DNA of 64,000 nucleotides from Candidatus Yanofskybacteria bacterium (GCA_020852375.1 JADZAY010000003.1:6-64005); one strand, 5' to 3'. Shown: positions 49,505-58,834, counted from the first letter of the stretch. The notes: a model not told the origin generated them from the letters alone. Numbers and translations: made by a program.

Positions 49505-49547
49505 GCGTCAAAACCCCGGCACCCCCACAAAGGGTGCCGTTGGGTTT
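49505..49547 (+). terminator. Rho-independent terminator immediately after rpsJ
   Basis: ccggcaccc-ccacaaa-gggtgccg followed by ttgggttttttga. Confidence 0.7.
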
Positions 49548-49737
49548 TTTGACCCTGCGGGCTTGCCCGATTTCTGCGTTGCTCGCTCCGGTCCTCCCTC
49601 GCCGTACCCTTTAGTACGGCTCGGTTCGGTCCTCGCGTCCGCCTCGTCCGCGTCCAAGCGCAGGCCGCTGGGGGAATCGGGAATGGCTAGACGAGACACT
49701 ATGAAGACCGTTTGACGTGGAACTCGGGAGGCGTAGT

Positions 49738-50388
49738 ATGTCCGCCATGCCTTCGATATTTTTAGACGAAAGTGGTGACCTAGGTTTTCGTTCCAGCAAG
49801 AGCGGATCTTCCCGCTTCTTTGTTGTTACCGTTATGTTTATTCCCGGGAGTGTGCGACCGGTCGAGAAGGTAGTATCAAAAACACACGCGTATTTGAATG
49901 CGGCAAAAGGCGGTCATCCGGGCGTGCTGCACGCTGTCAATGAATCGCCTGCGGTTCGAAAATATTTATTAAAATTGTTAAGCAAGAGAGATTGCAAGGT
50001 GATGGCAATCGTTCTGAATAAGAAAAAAGTCTTTACTAAATTACACGAAGAAAAGGCTGTCCTATACAACTTTGTAACAAACATCTTACTAGAACGAATC
50101 TATGCGAGGCATATCGTGCCAACCGGTGACGCAATCGATCTCGTGGCTTCAAAGCGAGAAACAAACAAATTTTTAAACGAGAATTTTAAGGATTACCTAA
50201 GGAGGCAAGTAACCCAGAGAAAGGACGGGGAATTGCGCGTACACATCCAGACTCCCGCACAGCACAAGGCGCTTCAAGCTGTTGATTTTGCGAGTTGGGC
50301 AATTTTTAGAAAACACGAGAAGGGAGACCCCGAATACTGTAATATCATCAGAAATATAGTTGTTGAGGAGAGCCCTTTATTCCCCTAG
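49738..50388 (+). CDS. DUF3800-family protein
   Basis: N-terminal IFLDESGD motif is the DUF3800 hallmark. SD GGGAGG 7 nt upstream. Confidence 0.7.
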   Translation: MSAMPSIFLDESGDLGFRSSKSGSSRFFVVTVMFIPGSVRPVEKVVSKTHAYLNAAKGGHPGVLHAVNESPAVRKYLLKLLSKRDCKVMAIVLNKKKVFTKLHEEKAVLYNFVTNILLERIYARHIVPTGDAIDLVASKRETNKFLNENFKDYLRRQVTQRKDGELRVHIQTPAQHKALQAVDFASWAIFRKHEKGDPEYCNIIRNIVVEESPLFP

Positions 50389-50563
50389 AAATACAAAACC
50401 TCGTGCGCTATTTGCGAGCAACCTTCCGGAAGCCCACGCACGAGGAATTACTTGTAAGTACAATATACACGCTTGTTATCCACAAGTCAATGGCTAGGAA
50501 ACAAAGTCGCCATTGAGTCAAGTTCTGGCTCCGAGGCCGGTTTTTTGCTAGATTTGCCGAGCT

Positions 50564-51187
50564 ATGGATATAAACTATTGGTATTATCCTCTCAGTGCAA
50601 TTCCTCAGACGTTAGCCGCAATGATTGCGCTGGCTGCGACCTTTGCGGCTGTGAAGTTAGATGTTTTTTCTAAGAAACTTGCGGAAAGCCGCAAAGACTT
50701 AAGGCGTTTTATTCTTCTAGTGACAACGGGTCTGAATTCGGACGAAAAAGAGATACATACAATCGAACCTCTAAGCAACCTAGAATTTCTCAATCTTTAT
50801 AAGAAGGGTTTGGCGGGTCTCAAGAGCGGGGACCCAGCGTTCGGATTGGAGCCTGCAACCTACGCGAAGTATCAGCAGGAGATGTATAGGATAATTAATT
50901 CAGAGTGGAACAGCTTCTTTTCAGCTAAGGATTTTAGGATCCTGGGCTACCTTTCGATGAAGAAAGATACCTTCGAAGATCTTCTACAGAAACGAATCAA
51001 GATTATCCGGTGGACCACTCAAAGTCTGGTGTTCGCGGCAATTGTCGCGGGAATTTCCTTGGCTATATTACCGTGCTTTAAGTATTTTCACGGCTCAATT
51101 TTAATAGTCGGGCTCATTACGGGTGTCGCCGTGCTGAGTATTTTAGCGACTGCGTTCAATGTCTGGAGAATTGCGAGGATGGATTAG
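50564..51187 (+). CDS. Hypothetical membrane protein (1 N-terminal + 2 C-terminal TM)
   Basis: AT-rich ORF with hydrophobic segments at both ends. Confidence 0.5.
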   Translation: MDINYWYYPLSAIPQTLAAMIALAATFAAVKLDVFSKKLAESRKDLRRFILLVTTGLNSDEKEIHTIEPLSNLEFLNLYKKGLAGLKSGDPAFGLEPATYAKYQQEMYRIINSEWNSFFSAKDFRILGYLSMKKDTFEDLLQKRIKIIRWTTQSLVFAAIVAGISLAILPCFKYFHGSILIVGLITGVAVLSILATAFNVWRIARMD

Positions 51188-51270
51188 CTTTTCTGGTCGG
51201 ATTGCTGCTTTCATTTCAGCGATAAATTGGGGCCGTTGATCAGAAGAGTCGTCAAGAGTATGCTGGACGG

Positions 51271-51963
51271 GTGATACAAGATGATGTCATCAGCTATCGC
51301 CAGATGTGTGACGCTGAGGAGGTTCAGACTCTGCAACGAGGAATGAACTATCGGTTATGGACTACCTATTCGGTGGTATTAATGTCGCAACGTGGGAACG
51401 CGCCATATGCTGACCGAGTCCATGACGATGGTATTACCATCGAATACGAGGGACACGACGAGCCTCGGAGTTCCGACCAGCCGAATCCAAAAACGGTAGA
51501 TCAACCATCGCAGACATCGATGGGGACACCAACCCAGAATGGTCTATTTAAGAAGGCGGTCGATGATTTCAAGGCTGGCAAATGTGGGCCCGAAAAGGTG
51601 AAGGTCTACGAAAAGCTATATCCCGGGGTTTGGTCACTGAAAGGGTTTTTTGATCTACGGGACTACGAGATAGTTCATGATGGCGTGCGGAACGTCTTCC
51701 GGTTTATTTTGCGCCTGTCTGAAGACCCAACGGAAAGGGCGGAGCGTGTGTCGGCATCATTTCATACTCGAGTGATTCCTTCAGAAGTGAAGAAGGCCGC
51801 ATATAAGCGCGACAAGGGGCAGTGTCAGATTTGTGGGTCAAAAGTAAACCTTCACTTTGACCACGACCTCCCGTATTCGAAAGGAGGTTCGAGCCTCACT
51901 GCCGAGAATGTTCGACTACTCTGCGCTAAACACAACCTAGAGAAGGGTGCTAAGATTCAATAA
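51271..51963 (+). CDS. SRA(YDG)-like domain + HNH nuclease (type IV modification-dependent restriction endonuclease-like)
   Basis: C-terminal CQICGSKVNLHFDHDLPYSKGG...LLCAKHN HNH motif. N-terminal YADRVHDDGITIEYEGHD and GPEKVKVYEKLYPGVWSLKGFFDLRDYEIVHDGVRNVFRFILRL resemble SRA-domain conserved blocks. Confidence 0.65.
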   Translation: MIQDDVISYRQMCDAEEVQTLQRGMNYRLWTTYSVVLMSQRGNAPYADRVHDDGITIEYEGHDEPRSSDQPNPKTVDQPSQTSMGTPTQNGLFKKAVDDFKAGKCGPEKVKVYEKLYPGVWSLKGFFDLRDYEIVHDGVRNVFRFILRLSEDPTERAERVSASFHTRVIPSEVKKAAYKRDKGQCQICGSKVNLHFDHDLPYSKGGSSLTAENVRLLCAKHNLEKGAKIQ

Positions 51964-51978
51964 TTAATAATTTGCACA

Positions 51979-52524
51979 ATGTTTGACCCAAAAGCCGTGC
52001 TCGGGCTATTTCTTTCAGTGGTGGCAAGGTATTGGTACTTTGTTCTGCTGGCTTTTGCTGTTTGGGTTATTGGCGAGTTGCTCTCTAGGAGGAGGCGGCA
52101 GGGATATCTTTATAGGCGGAAGGACTGTCCAATGACAAAATCTGAGCAAGTTTTTTATAAAGTTCTCGCGGGCGTCGTCGATGGGCGGTATTATGTTTTC
52201 CCACAGGTTCATCTGGATGCTCTACTTGAGCACAAGGTTCCCGGGCAGCGGTGGCAAGCTGCGTGGAGGCACATCAATGAGAAGTCGGTTGACTTTGTTC
52301 TCTGTGACAAGACTTCTTTGCGCACAGAGTTGGTGATCGAACTCGATGATTTTTCCCATGAGCGACCTGATCGCATTGAACGCGATAAGGAAGTCGAACG
52401 GATTTTGCAGGAGGCGCACTTGCCGCTCCTTCGCATCCCGCGAAGTGAGAGTTACGCTGGAAATGAAGTCGCACGGTCGATTAGCGAGGGTGTCGGAGGG
52501 GCATCGTTTGGCCCTACGTTGTAG
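51979..52524 (+). CDS. DUF2726-domain protein (restriction-endonuclease-like fold) with N-terminal TM
   Basis: VDFVLCD...LVIELDDFSHERPDRIERDKEVERILQEAHLPLLRI matches the DUF2726 core (D...E.D..H). Confidence 0.65.
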   Translation: MFDPKAVLGLFLSVVARYWYFVLLAFAVWVIGELLSRRRRQGYLYRRKDCPMTKSEQVFYKVLAGVVDGRYYVFPQVHLDALLEHKVPGQRWQAAWRHINEKSVDFVLCDKTSLRTELVIELDDFSHERPDRIERDKEVERILQEAHLPLLRIPRSESYAGNEVARSISEGVGGASFGPTL

Positions 52525-52813
52525 GCCTAACTCGCGAGGATGCGGTTCTTGACTTATGCGCAGAAATGGTGTATGATGGCTTCAGATGGGGTATGAAGCC
52601 CTGTCAGGAGGATAGAAGTCGTGCGCGAGCGGTTCTACACGTTCCTGGCGTGCCTCAAGTCCGACTTCGTCAACTGCTGGTTCCGGGGCGACGGCCCCTG
52701 CCAGAACCCCAAGCACTGGCAGTAGCGGCCGAAGCCTGGCCCGGGCGGAAGTGGAAACGCTTCCGCCTTTTCTTTTTTTGGAAGTGTGGTACAACCAAGT
52801 CCGGAGGTGGCGT

Positions 52814-53101
52814 ATGGCGGATACAAAGGATGTGGATGATCTTGCCGAAGACCTGGCCACTGTTGAAGGAGCAGTGAACCACATCAGTGCCGGCGTGCAC
52901 CGTGTGCTGACGACGTTCGCCGCAGGTGTGCGGCAGGACGCGGATGCGCTCTGTGCCCGTCTCAACCACGAGCCCGAAGTTCAGCTCTGGATCGCGGAGC
53001 ACGGGTTTCGGAGTCTTGCCGATGTGCCTCGCGAGCGCGTCCTCAGCGAGCTCATTCCTGCCGTCTACGCGCAGCACGGTGGCCGCGATCAGAGGCACTG
53101 A
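52814..53101 (+). CDS. Hypothetical protein
   Basis: SD GGAGGTG 4 nt upstream of ATG 52814. 95 aa. Confidence 0.45.
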   Translation: MADTKDVDDLAEDLATVEGAVNHISAGVHRVLTTFAAGVRQDADALCARLNHEPEVQLWIAEHGFRSLADVPRERVLSELIPAVYAQHGGRDQRH

Positions 53102-53356
53102 AAGATTCCCGCGTATGTACGCGGGACTTTTCTTTTTTCGGAATGCGCATACAATCGTGGGCGGAGGTGAGCTGTGGTAAGTCCGTACGAACCTGTGAAG
53201 TTGGTTGTGTGTCCGCGGTGTCGCGGAGCTGAGGTGGTCGAAGCGCAGAAGGGCTCCCGAGATTCTTACGAGCCAGTCGGGCTGAAGCGATGCCCGACTT
53301 GCAAGGGCACCGGCACGGTTGCACAGCGACAGCTCGCCCGCATTGCTCGGTAAGTC

Positions 53357-53390
53357 CAGCGCGCTTCCCCCTCGCCGCCATCCGGCCGCG
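53357..53390. repeat. 34-nt repeat / terminator-like hairpin (ttccccctcgccgccatccggccgcgagggg), copy 1
   Basis: Identical copy at 53722-53755. Both are followed by T-rich runs. Confidence 0.75.
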
Positions 53391-53455
53391 AGGGGTTTTT
53401 GTTGAACATTGACACGACTATATAAGCGATGTACGATTCATCTTAGGAGGGTTCG

Positions 53456-53701
53456 ATGAATCCATGGCTGGTGTCCGGGTTGGTTCTCGTGTGGGCCGCG
53501 CTGGGCATCCTGGGTTGGGCGTGGTTCAATTACATGCTCAACAGGGCGTATCCGCTCGGAGCGGGTGGGGCGGCGGTGGGAAGCGTCAAGGTCTTTGCGC
53601 TGCTGGTCGGGATTCTTGGCGGGCCGATCGCCATCCTGAACACAGCGGTCGAAGCCCGCAATTTTCCGGGAGTCCATCGCTGGGGCCTCCGCTTCTGGTA
53701 G
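53456..53701 (+). CDS. Small membrane protein (81 aa, 2-3 TM)
   Basis: Strong SD (taGGAGGGttcgATG). Hydrophobic. Confidence 0.55.
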   Translation: MNPWLVSGLVLVWAALGILGWAWFNYMLNRAYPLGAGGAAVGSVKVFALLVGILGGPIAILNTAVEARNFPGVHRWGLRFW

Positions 53702-53721
53702 AAGGTCGGCATCCGTTCCCG

Positions 53722-53755
53722 TGCTTCCCCCTCGCCGCCATCCGGCCGCGAGGGG
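53722..53755. repeat. 34-nt repeat / terminator-like hairpin, copy 2
   Basis: Identical to 53357-53390. Confidence 0.75.
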
Positions 53756-53775
53756 GGTCTTTCTTTAACGTGGGC

Positions 53776-53804
53776 TTGCATTCTTTTGGGGGTTCGTGTA
53801 TAGT
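53776..53804 (+). promoter_or_regulatory. Sigma70-like promoter for the rplC-secY operon (TTGCAT-17nt-TATAGT)
   Basis: ttgcattcttttgggggttcgtgtatagt. Confidence 0.55.
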
Positions 53805-53936
53805 CGGTGGGCTGACTTGAGCCGGGCGGCCGGCCTCTCAGCAGGGGTTTCCAGGTAGGCGTTAGAACCAGCCCGAGACGCCCCGACCGTGCGGTAGGTC
53901 CTTCGATGGATACCCTCGCACGTTGCTTCGCAGCTT

Positions 53937-53960
53937 GTCTGCATGAAGCAGACTTTTTTA
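53937..53960 (+). promoter_or_regulatory. Leader attenuator-like hairpin + T-tract immediately upstream of the rplC start
   Basis: gtctgc-atgaa-gcagac followed by tttttta. Sits ~135 nt downstream of the promoter. Confidence 0.45.
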
Positions 53961-53966
53961 TTGGAA

Positions 53967-54596
53967 ATGGCCAAAATGCTCGCAAAATTCATGCTTGCCA
54001 CCAAACTGGGGATGACCCAGGTATATGGCGATAAGGGTGAAATGATCGGAGTGACCCTGTTGCAGGCCGCCCCGAATGTGGTGACACAGGTCAAAACCGT
54101 TGAGAAGGACGGCTACGCTGCGGTTCAGCTGGGTGCGGGCACAAAGAAAGCGAAGAACATCAAGAAGGGGCTTCGTGGCCACTTCAAGGACCTTGGTAAT
54201 TTCCGCTGGACGCGCGAGTTTCGCGCAACATCGGTCGGTGGTAAGGATCTGGTCGTCGGCGATCGCGTCGATGTCTCGATCTTTGCTCCCGGCGATACGG
54301 TTCGCGTGAGCGGTCTCACCAAAGGAAAGGGTTTTGCCGGTGCGGTGAAGCGTCATGGGTTCCATGGTGCGCCTGCATCTCACGGGCACAAGCATGTTCA
54401 GCGCCATGTCGGCTCTATCGGTCAGCGCTTCCCGCAGCACACGCTGAAGGGAACTCGCGGTCCGGGTCGCGATGGCCAGGAGCGGGTGAGCATTCGCGGA
54501 TTGAAGGTTATTGTTGCCGATGCCGACACCGGTGTTCTTGCGGTGAAGGGTGCTATTCCCGGTGCGAAGGGCTCGCTGCTTGAGGTCACTGCCTAA
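53967..54596 (+). CDS. rplC: 50S ribosomal protein L3
   Basis: KLGMTQVY...start region. Start is ambiguous among the ATGs at 53943, 53967, 53976 and 53991; 53967 (MAKM...) lies just after the hairpin. Confidence 0.93.
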   Translation: MAKMLAKFMLATKLGMTQVYGDKGEMIGVTLLQAAPNVVTQVKTVEKDGYAAVQLGAGTKKAKNIKKGLRGHFKDLGNFRWTREFRATSVGGKDLVVGDRVDVSIFAPGDTVRVSGLTKGKGFAGAVKRHGFHGAPASHGHKHVQRHVGSIGQRFPQHTLKGTRGPGRDGQERVSIRGLKVIVADADTGVLAVKGAIPGAKGSLLEVTA

Positions 54597-54601
54597 TACT
54601 C

Positions 54602-55264
54602 ATGGATATCAAGGTCTACAATACGCAGGGCAAGGCGGGCGAGGCGATCACGGTTTCTGATCGTCTGTTCGGCGCGCCGATGAACGCAGACCTCGTGTGG
54701 CAGGTTGCCACTGCTCAGATGAGCAATCAGCGCCAGGTGCTTGCGCACGCGAAGACCCGCTCGGAAGTTCGTGGCGGTGGTAAGAAGCCGTGGCGCCAGA
54801 AGGGCACCGGCCGCGCGCGTCACGGGTCCATCCGCTCTCCGATCTGGATCGGTGGAGGTGCGGCGCATGGCCCCAGCAAGGACGTCGACTTTTCGAAGAC
54901 CATCACGAAGATCGCTGCACGCAAGGCGCTGGCGATCGTGCTGTCCGCTCGTGTTCGCGACGGCCACCTGCGCGTTGTGGATGCCCTTTCGGTTGCGACT
55001 GGCAAGACCAAAGACGGCGCTGCGCTTATCGCATCGTGCACCAAGGGGTTTGACGGCTACCGCTCCGGAAACCGTGTGCTGGTAGTCCTTCCGGGGACCG
55101 CCGAGGACGCCTCGACCGTTCGGGCGCTGGCCAACCTCCCGGAGGTCACCACCATTCGCGCTCAGGACCTGAATGCGCTGACCGTTCTCGCATTTCCGTT
55201 CGTGGTCGCAGCCGCGGGGGCGCTTGAGACTGCCGAGAAAACATTTTCATTGAAGAGCTCATAA
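54602..55264 (+). CDS. rplD: 50S ribosomal protein L4
   Basis: Conserved L4 sequence and operon position. Confidence 0.95.
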   Translation: MDIKVYNTQGKAGEAITVSDRLFGAPMNADLVWQVATAQMSNQRQVLAHAKTRSEVRGGGKKPWRQKGTGRARHGSIRSPIWIGGGAAHGPSKDVDFSKTITKIAARKALAIVLSARVRDGHLRVVDALSVATGKTKDGAALIASCTKGFDGYRSGNRVLVVLPGTAEDASTVRALANLPEVTTIRAQDLNALTVLAFPFVVAAAGALETAEKTFSLKSS

Positions 55265-55266
55265 CC

Positions 55267-55647
55267 ATGGCGCTCAACCTTTTTGGAAAAAAGAAGCAGC
55301 CGAAGAAGGAGACACTCGAACCTCAGGTAACTGAGGCGAGCGAGGTCGCAACTCCGGCGATCGCTGCTCCTGCCAGCTCTGTGCTGAAGCGCTACTATGT
55401 GAGCGAGAAGAGCTCGCGCGGGTTCGCTCTGAATCAGTACACGTTCGAAGTTGATCGGCGCGCCACCAAGACCGATGTCCGCGATGCAGTTGAGCGCGGG
55501 TACAAGGTTGACGTGGTATCCGTGAACATGATCCGCCTTCCGAAGAAGACCGTTTCTCTGGGTCGCCATCGCGGCACCAAGGGCGGCATCAAGAAGGCGA
55601 TCGTGACCCTGAAGAACGGGCAGTCGATCGCACAAGCACAGCCGTAA
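55267..55647 (+). CDS. rplW: 50S ribosomal protein L23 (with ~40-aa N-terminal extension)
   Basis: LKRYYVSEKS...YTFEVDRRATKTDVRDAVE core. Confidence 0.9.
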   Translation: MALNLFGKKKQPKKETLEPQVTEASEVATPAIAAPASSVLKRYYVSEKSSRGFALNQYTFEVDRRATKTDVRDAVERGYKVDVVSVNMIRLPKKTVSLGRHRGTKGGIKKAIVTLKNGQSIAQAQP

Positions 55648-55650
55648 TCC

Positions 55651-56478
55651 ATGAAAGACTACAAGCCCACAACTCCATCGCGCCGCCAGGCAAAGGGATA
55701 TGACTTCAGCAATCTGACGAAGGGTGTTGCGCCGCTGAAATCACTGACTGGTGGTCGTCACCGCAAGGTCGGCCGCAACAACCAGGGCCGCGTGACCTCC
55801 ATGCACCGCGGTGGCGGCGTGAAGCGCCTCTATCGCTGGATCGACTTCAAGCAGGACAAGTTCGATGTTCCCGCGAAGGTCGCTACCATCGAATACGATC
55901 CAAATCGCACCGCTCGCATCGCGCTGTTGAGCTATCGCGACGGCGAGAAGCGCTACATTCTTGCCCCGAGCGACCTGAAAGTCGGCGATACCGTGTTGAC
56001 CGCGGAGAAGACCCCGGTGCGGCCCGGAAATCGCATGAAGCTTAGCAATATCCCGCAGGGTACGCTGGTGCACAACGTCGAGTTGCGTCCCGGACAGGGC
56101 GGACTCATCGTCCGCTCGGCAGGGACTGGCGCTATGGTGCTCGCTCATGACGGTGCGCTGACCCAGCTTCAGCTTCCGTCCTCGGAGATGCGCTTGGTGC
56201 TCGGTGAATGCTATGCCTCCATCGGCCAGCTTTCCAATGCAGAGCACCTGACCATTTCCCTCGGGAAAGCCGGCCGCGCTCGCTGGCTCGGTCGTCGTCC
56301 GAAGGTTCGCGGCACTGCCAAGAACCCGGTTGACCATCCGTACGGAGGCGGTGAAGGTCGTCAGGGTCGCGGTACGCGTCGCCCGAAGACCATGCACGGA
56401 AAGGTCACCGGCGGACACAAGACCCGCAATCCGAAGAAGAAGTCGGCGAAGTTCATTGTGCGCCGTCGCATCAAATAA
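55651..56478 (+). CDS. rplB: 50S ribosomal protein L2
   Basis: Classic L2. Confidence 0.97.
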   Translation: MKDYKPTTPSRRQAKGYDFSNLTKGVAPLKSLTGGRHRKVGRNNQGRVTSMHRGGGVKRLYRWIDFKQDKFDVPAKVATIEYDPNRTARIALLSYRDGEKRYILAPSDLKVGDTVLTAEKTPVRPGNRMKLSNIPQGTLVHNVELRPGQGGLIVRSAGTGAMVLAHDGALTQLQLPSSEMRLVLGECYASIGQLSNAEHLTISLGKAGRARWLGRRPKVRGTAKNPVDHPYGGGEGRQGRGTRRPKTMHGKVTGGHKTRNPKKKSAKFIVRRRIK

Positions 56479-56484
56479 CCCACC

Positions 56485-56835
56485 ATGTCGCGATCACTCA
56501 AAAAAGGCCCGTACGTGGATGCGAAGCTCCTGAAGAAGGTGTCTGCTTTGAAGGCGGGCGAGAAAAAGGTCATCAAGACCTGGGCTCGCGCATGCACCAT
56601 TATTCCGGAGATGATCGGCTTTACCTTCGGAGTCCACAATGGTAGGGTGCACATTCCTGTGCTGGTCACAGAGGACATGGTTGGCCATAAGCTGGGCGAG
56701 TTCGCGCACACGAAGAAGTTTGCTCGCCACGGTGGTCGCATGCAGAAAGAGCAGGAGGCTGCCCAGAAGCAGAAGGAGATCGATGCAGCAAAGGCGGCGA
56801 AAGAGCCAGCCGCAGCGGCTCCCGCAAAGAAATAA
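56485..56835 (+). CDS. rpsS: 30S ribosomal protein S19 (Ala/Lys-rich C-terminal extension)
   Basis: [12 protein letters not shown]... S19 core. Confidence 0.95.
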   Translation: MSRSLKKGPYVDAKLLKKVSALKAGEKKVIKTWARACTIIPEMIGFTFGVHNGRVHIPVLVTEDMVGHKLGEFAHTKKFARHGGRMQKEQEAAQKQKEIDAAKAAKEPAAAAPAKK

Positions 56836-56856
56836 TCTGATATTGAATCGTTCGCT

Positions 56857-57270
56857 ATGACCCAGGTAACAGCACAACTGAACGGACTCCGCATCGCCCC
56901 GCGCAAGGTGCGGTTGCTGGTCGACTTGATCAAGCGCAAGCCCGTGCTGGTTGCTCTCGATCAGCTCGCCCATGCGCCGAAGCGTTCCAGCGAGCCGCTG
57001 GCCAAGTTGCTTCGCTCTGCGGTTGCGAGCGCCGAGAATACCTTTAAGCTCGATCCCGAGACGCTTGTCATCAAAGAGATGCGGGTGGATGAGGGCATCA
57101 AGTTGAAGCGATACGCACCGAAGGGTTTCGGCCGGGCGAACCCGATCGAAAAGAAGACGAGCCGCGTATCCGTTGTGCTGGAGGGTTCTGCGCCGGTCGC
57201 GGCGGCAGCTCGTGGCGCAAAGAAGGCAAAGGCGAAGAAGGCTGAAACCGCTGAGGTCGCAAAGAGCTAA
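56857..57270 (+). CDS. rplV: 50S ribosomal protein L22
   Basis: L22 core with a C-terminal extension. Confidence 0.93.
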   Translation: MTQVTAQLNGLRIAPRKVRLLVDLIKRKPVLVALDQLAHAPKRSSEPLAKLLRSAVASAENTFKLDPETLVIKEMRVDEGIKLKRYAPKGFGRANPIEKKTSRVSVVLEGSAPVAAAARGAKKAKAKKAETAEVAKS

Positions 57271-57288
57271 TCGTTTACACGTACTACC

Positions 57289-57939
57289 ATGGGACAGAAA
57301 GCATCACCGGTATCAATGAGGTTGGGCATCAATCGGGACTGGTCGTCTCGCTGGTTTGGTGGCGCCAAATATCCTCAGTTCCTGAAGGACGATCTTGCGA
57401 TCCGCGAGTTCCTGCTCAAGCGCCTGAAGAACATGGGTGTCGATTCGATCCTCATCGAGCGCGGTAACAATGCTATTCGCGTCACGATCCACTCCGCACG
57501 TCCCGGGCTCATCATCGGTCGCGGCGGCACCGGCATTCAGGAGCTGAACCAGAAGCTGGGCAAACTGCTGAAGTTCAAGACCCCGCTGCAGCTCGAAGTG
57601 CAGGAAGTGAAGAACCCGGATGGGTCCGCAGCCGTTATTGCGGAGCACATTGTCGATCAGATCGAGCGCCGCACTCCCTATCGCCGCATCATGAAGATGA
57701 CCATCCAGAAGGTGATGGCGAGCCGCGCCGTAAAGGGCGTGAAGCTCCAGCTGTCGGGCCGCCTGGACGGCGCAGAGATCGCACGCGTCGAGCACATGGA
57801 AGAGGGTTCGCTCCCGCTGCAGACGCTTCGCGCGGATGTTGATTTCGTTCGCGCGACCGCCCATACCACCTACGGTACGGTTGGCGTGAAGGTGTGGGTC
57901 TACAAGGGCGAAGTATTTGAGAACGAGAAGAACGCTTAG
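57289..57939 (+). CDS. rpsC: 30S ribosomal protein S3
   Basis: KH plus S3 C-terminal domains. Confidence 0.95.
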   Translation: MGQKASPVSMRLGINRDWSSRWFGGAKYPQFLKDDLAIREFLLKRLKNMGVDSILIERGNNAIRVTIHSARPGLIIGRGGTGIQELNQKLGKLLKFKTPLQLEVQEVKNPDGSAAVIAEHIVDQIERRTPYRRIMKMTIQKVMASRAVKGVKLQLSGRLDGAEIARVEHMEEGSLPLQTLRADVDFVRATAHTTYGTVGVKVWVYKGEVFENEKNA

Positions 57940-57950
57940 CATTTTTGACC

Positions 57951-58358
57951 ATGTTGCAACCAAGTCGCGTCAAACGAACGAAAGTCCACAAGGGTCGCCT
58001 CAAAGCGAAGGCATTTCGCGGCACGAAGCTTTCGTTTGGAAGCTTCGGGCTCAAGTCCGAGGAGTCCGCGTGGCTGAAAGCGAACCAGCTCGAGTCCGCA
58101 CGCCGTGCGATGTCGCGCATGTTTGCTCGCGGCGGAAAGATCTGGACCCGCGTGTTCCCGGACAAGCCTCGAACGGCAAAGTCGGCCGAGGTTGGTATGG
58201 GAGGCGGTCGCGGTGGACTGAGCCATTTCGTTGCAGTCGTTGAGGCGGGTCGCATGCTGTTCGAAGTGGATGGCGTTTCCGAGCAGGTCGCTCGCGAAGC
58301 CCTTCGACTCGCAGCGCACAAGCTTCCCATTAAGACGCGGTTCGTGAAGCGCGCATAA
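57951..58358 (+). CDS. rplP: 50S ribosomal protein L16
   Basis: [16 protein letters not shown]... start at the internal ATG. Confidence 0.95.
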   Translation: MLQPSRVKRTKVHKGRLKAKAFRGTKLSFGSFGLKSEESAWLKANQLESARRAMSRMFARGGKIWTRVFPDKPRTAKSAEVGMGGGRGGLSHFVAVVEAGRMLFEVDGVSEQVAREALRLAAHKLPIKTRFVKRA

Positions 58359-58361
58359 ACC

Positions 58362-58547
58362 ATGAAAAAGCACGACCTTACTTCCAAGAACGCAGCCGAA
58401 CTCGAGACGCTCCTGAAGGAGTCTCGGGCGAAGGTCGCGCAGATGCGCTTTGATCTTGCCGACAAGAAGTTGAAGAAGACGAGCGAGCTTCGTGAAACGC
58501 GCCGCCTCATCGCACGCATTCTTACTGCGCTGAAGCGTACCGCATAA
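58362..58547 (+). CDS. rpmC: 50S ribosomal protein L29
   Basis: Operon position and L29-like helical sequence. Confidence 0.9.
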   Translation: MKKHDLTSKNAAELETLLKESRAKVAQMRFDLADKKLKKTSELRETRRLIARILTALKRTA

Positions 58548-58554
58548 CACCACC

Positions 58555-58824
58555 ATGACCACCGAAACTGCACAATCGAAAGGACGCACCCTGAAGGGGA
58601 CCGTCGTAAGCGACAAAATGACCAAGACGGTCGTCGTTGAGGTGCTCCGCTTGAAGAAGAACGAGAAGTACAAGAAGTTCTTCAAGGTGAGCGCGCGCTA
58701 TCAGGCGCACGACGAGAAGGGCGAGTACCATGTTGGCGATATCGTCATCATTCAGGAGACGCGCCCAATGTCCAAGCAGAAGCGGTGGATCGTTCGTGAG
58801 AAGGTTGGTTCTGTGGCCGCGTAA
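58555..58824 (+). CDS. rpsQ: 30S ribosomal protein S17
   Basis: [16 protein letters not shown]-fold. Confidence 0.95.
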   Translation: MTTETAQSKGRTLKGTVVSDKMTKTVVVEVLRLKKNEKYKKFFKVSARYQAHDEKGEYHVGDIVIIQETRPMSKQKRWIVREKVGSVAA

Positions 58825-58834
58825 TTTCTTCCCC

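Larger units (their letters stand above)
49548..53940. other. ~4.4-kb AT-richer insertion (putative horizontally acquired defense/accessory island) splitting the S10 operon between rpsJ and rplC
   Basis: rpsJ and rplC are normally adjacent. Clear compositional drop (e.g. 49900-51200). Gene content is DUF3800, SRA-HNH and DUF2726. Confidence 0.7.
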
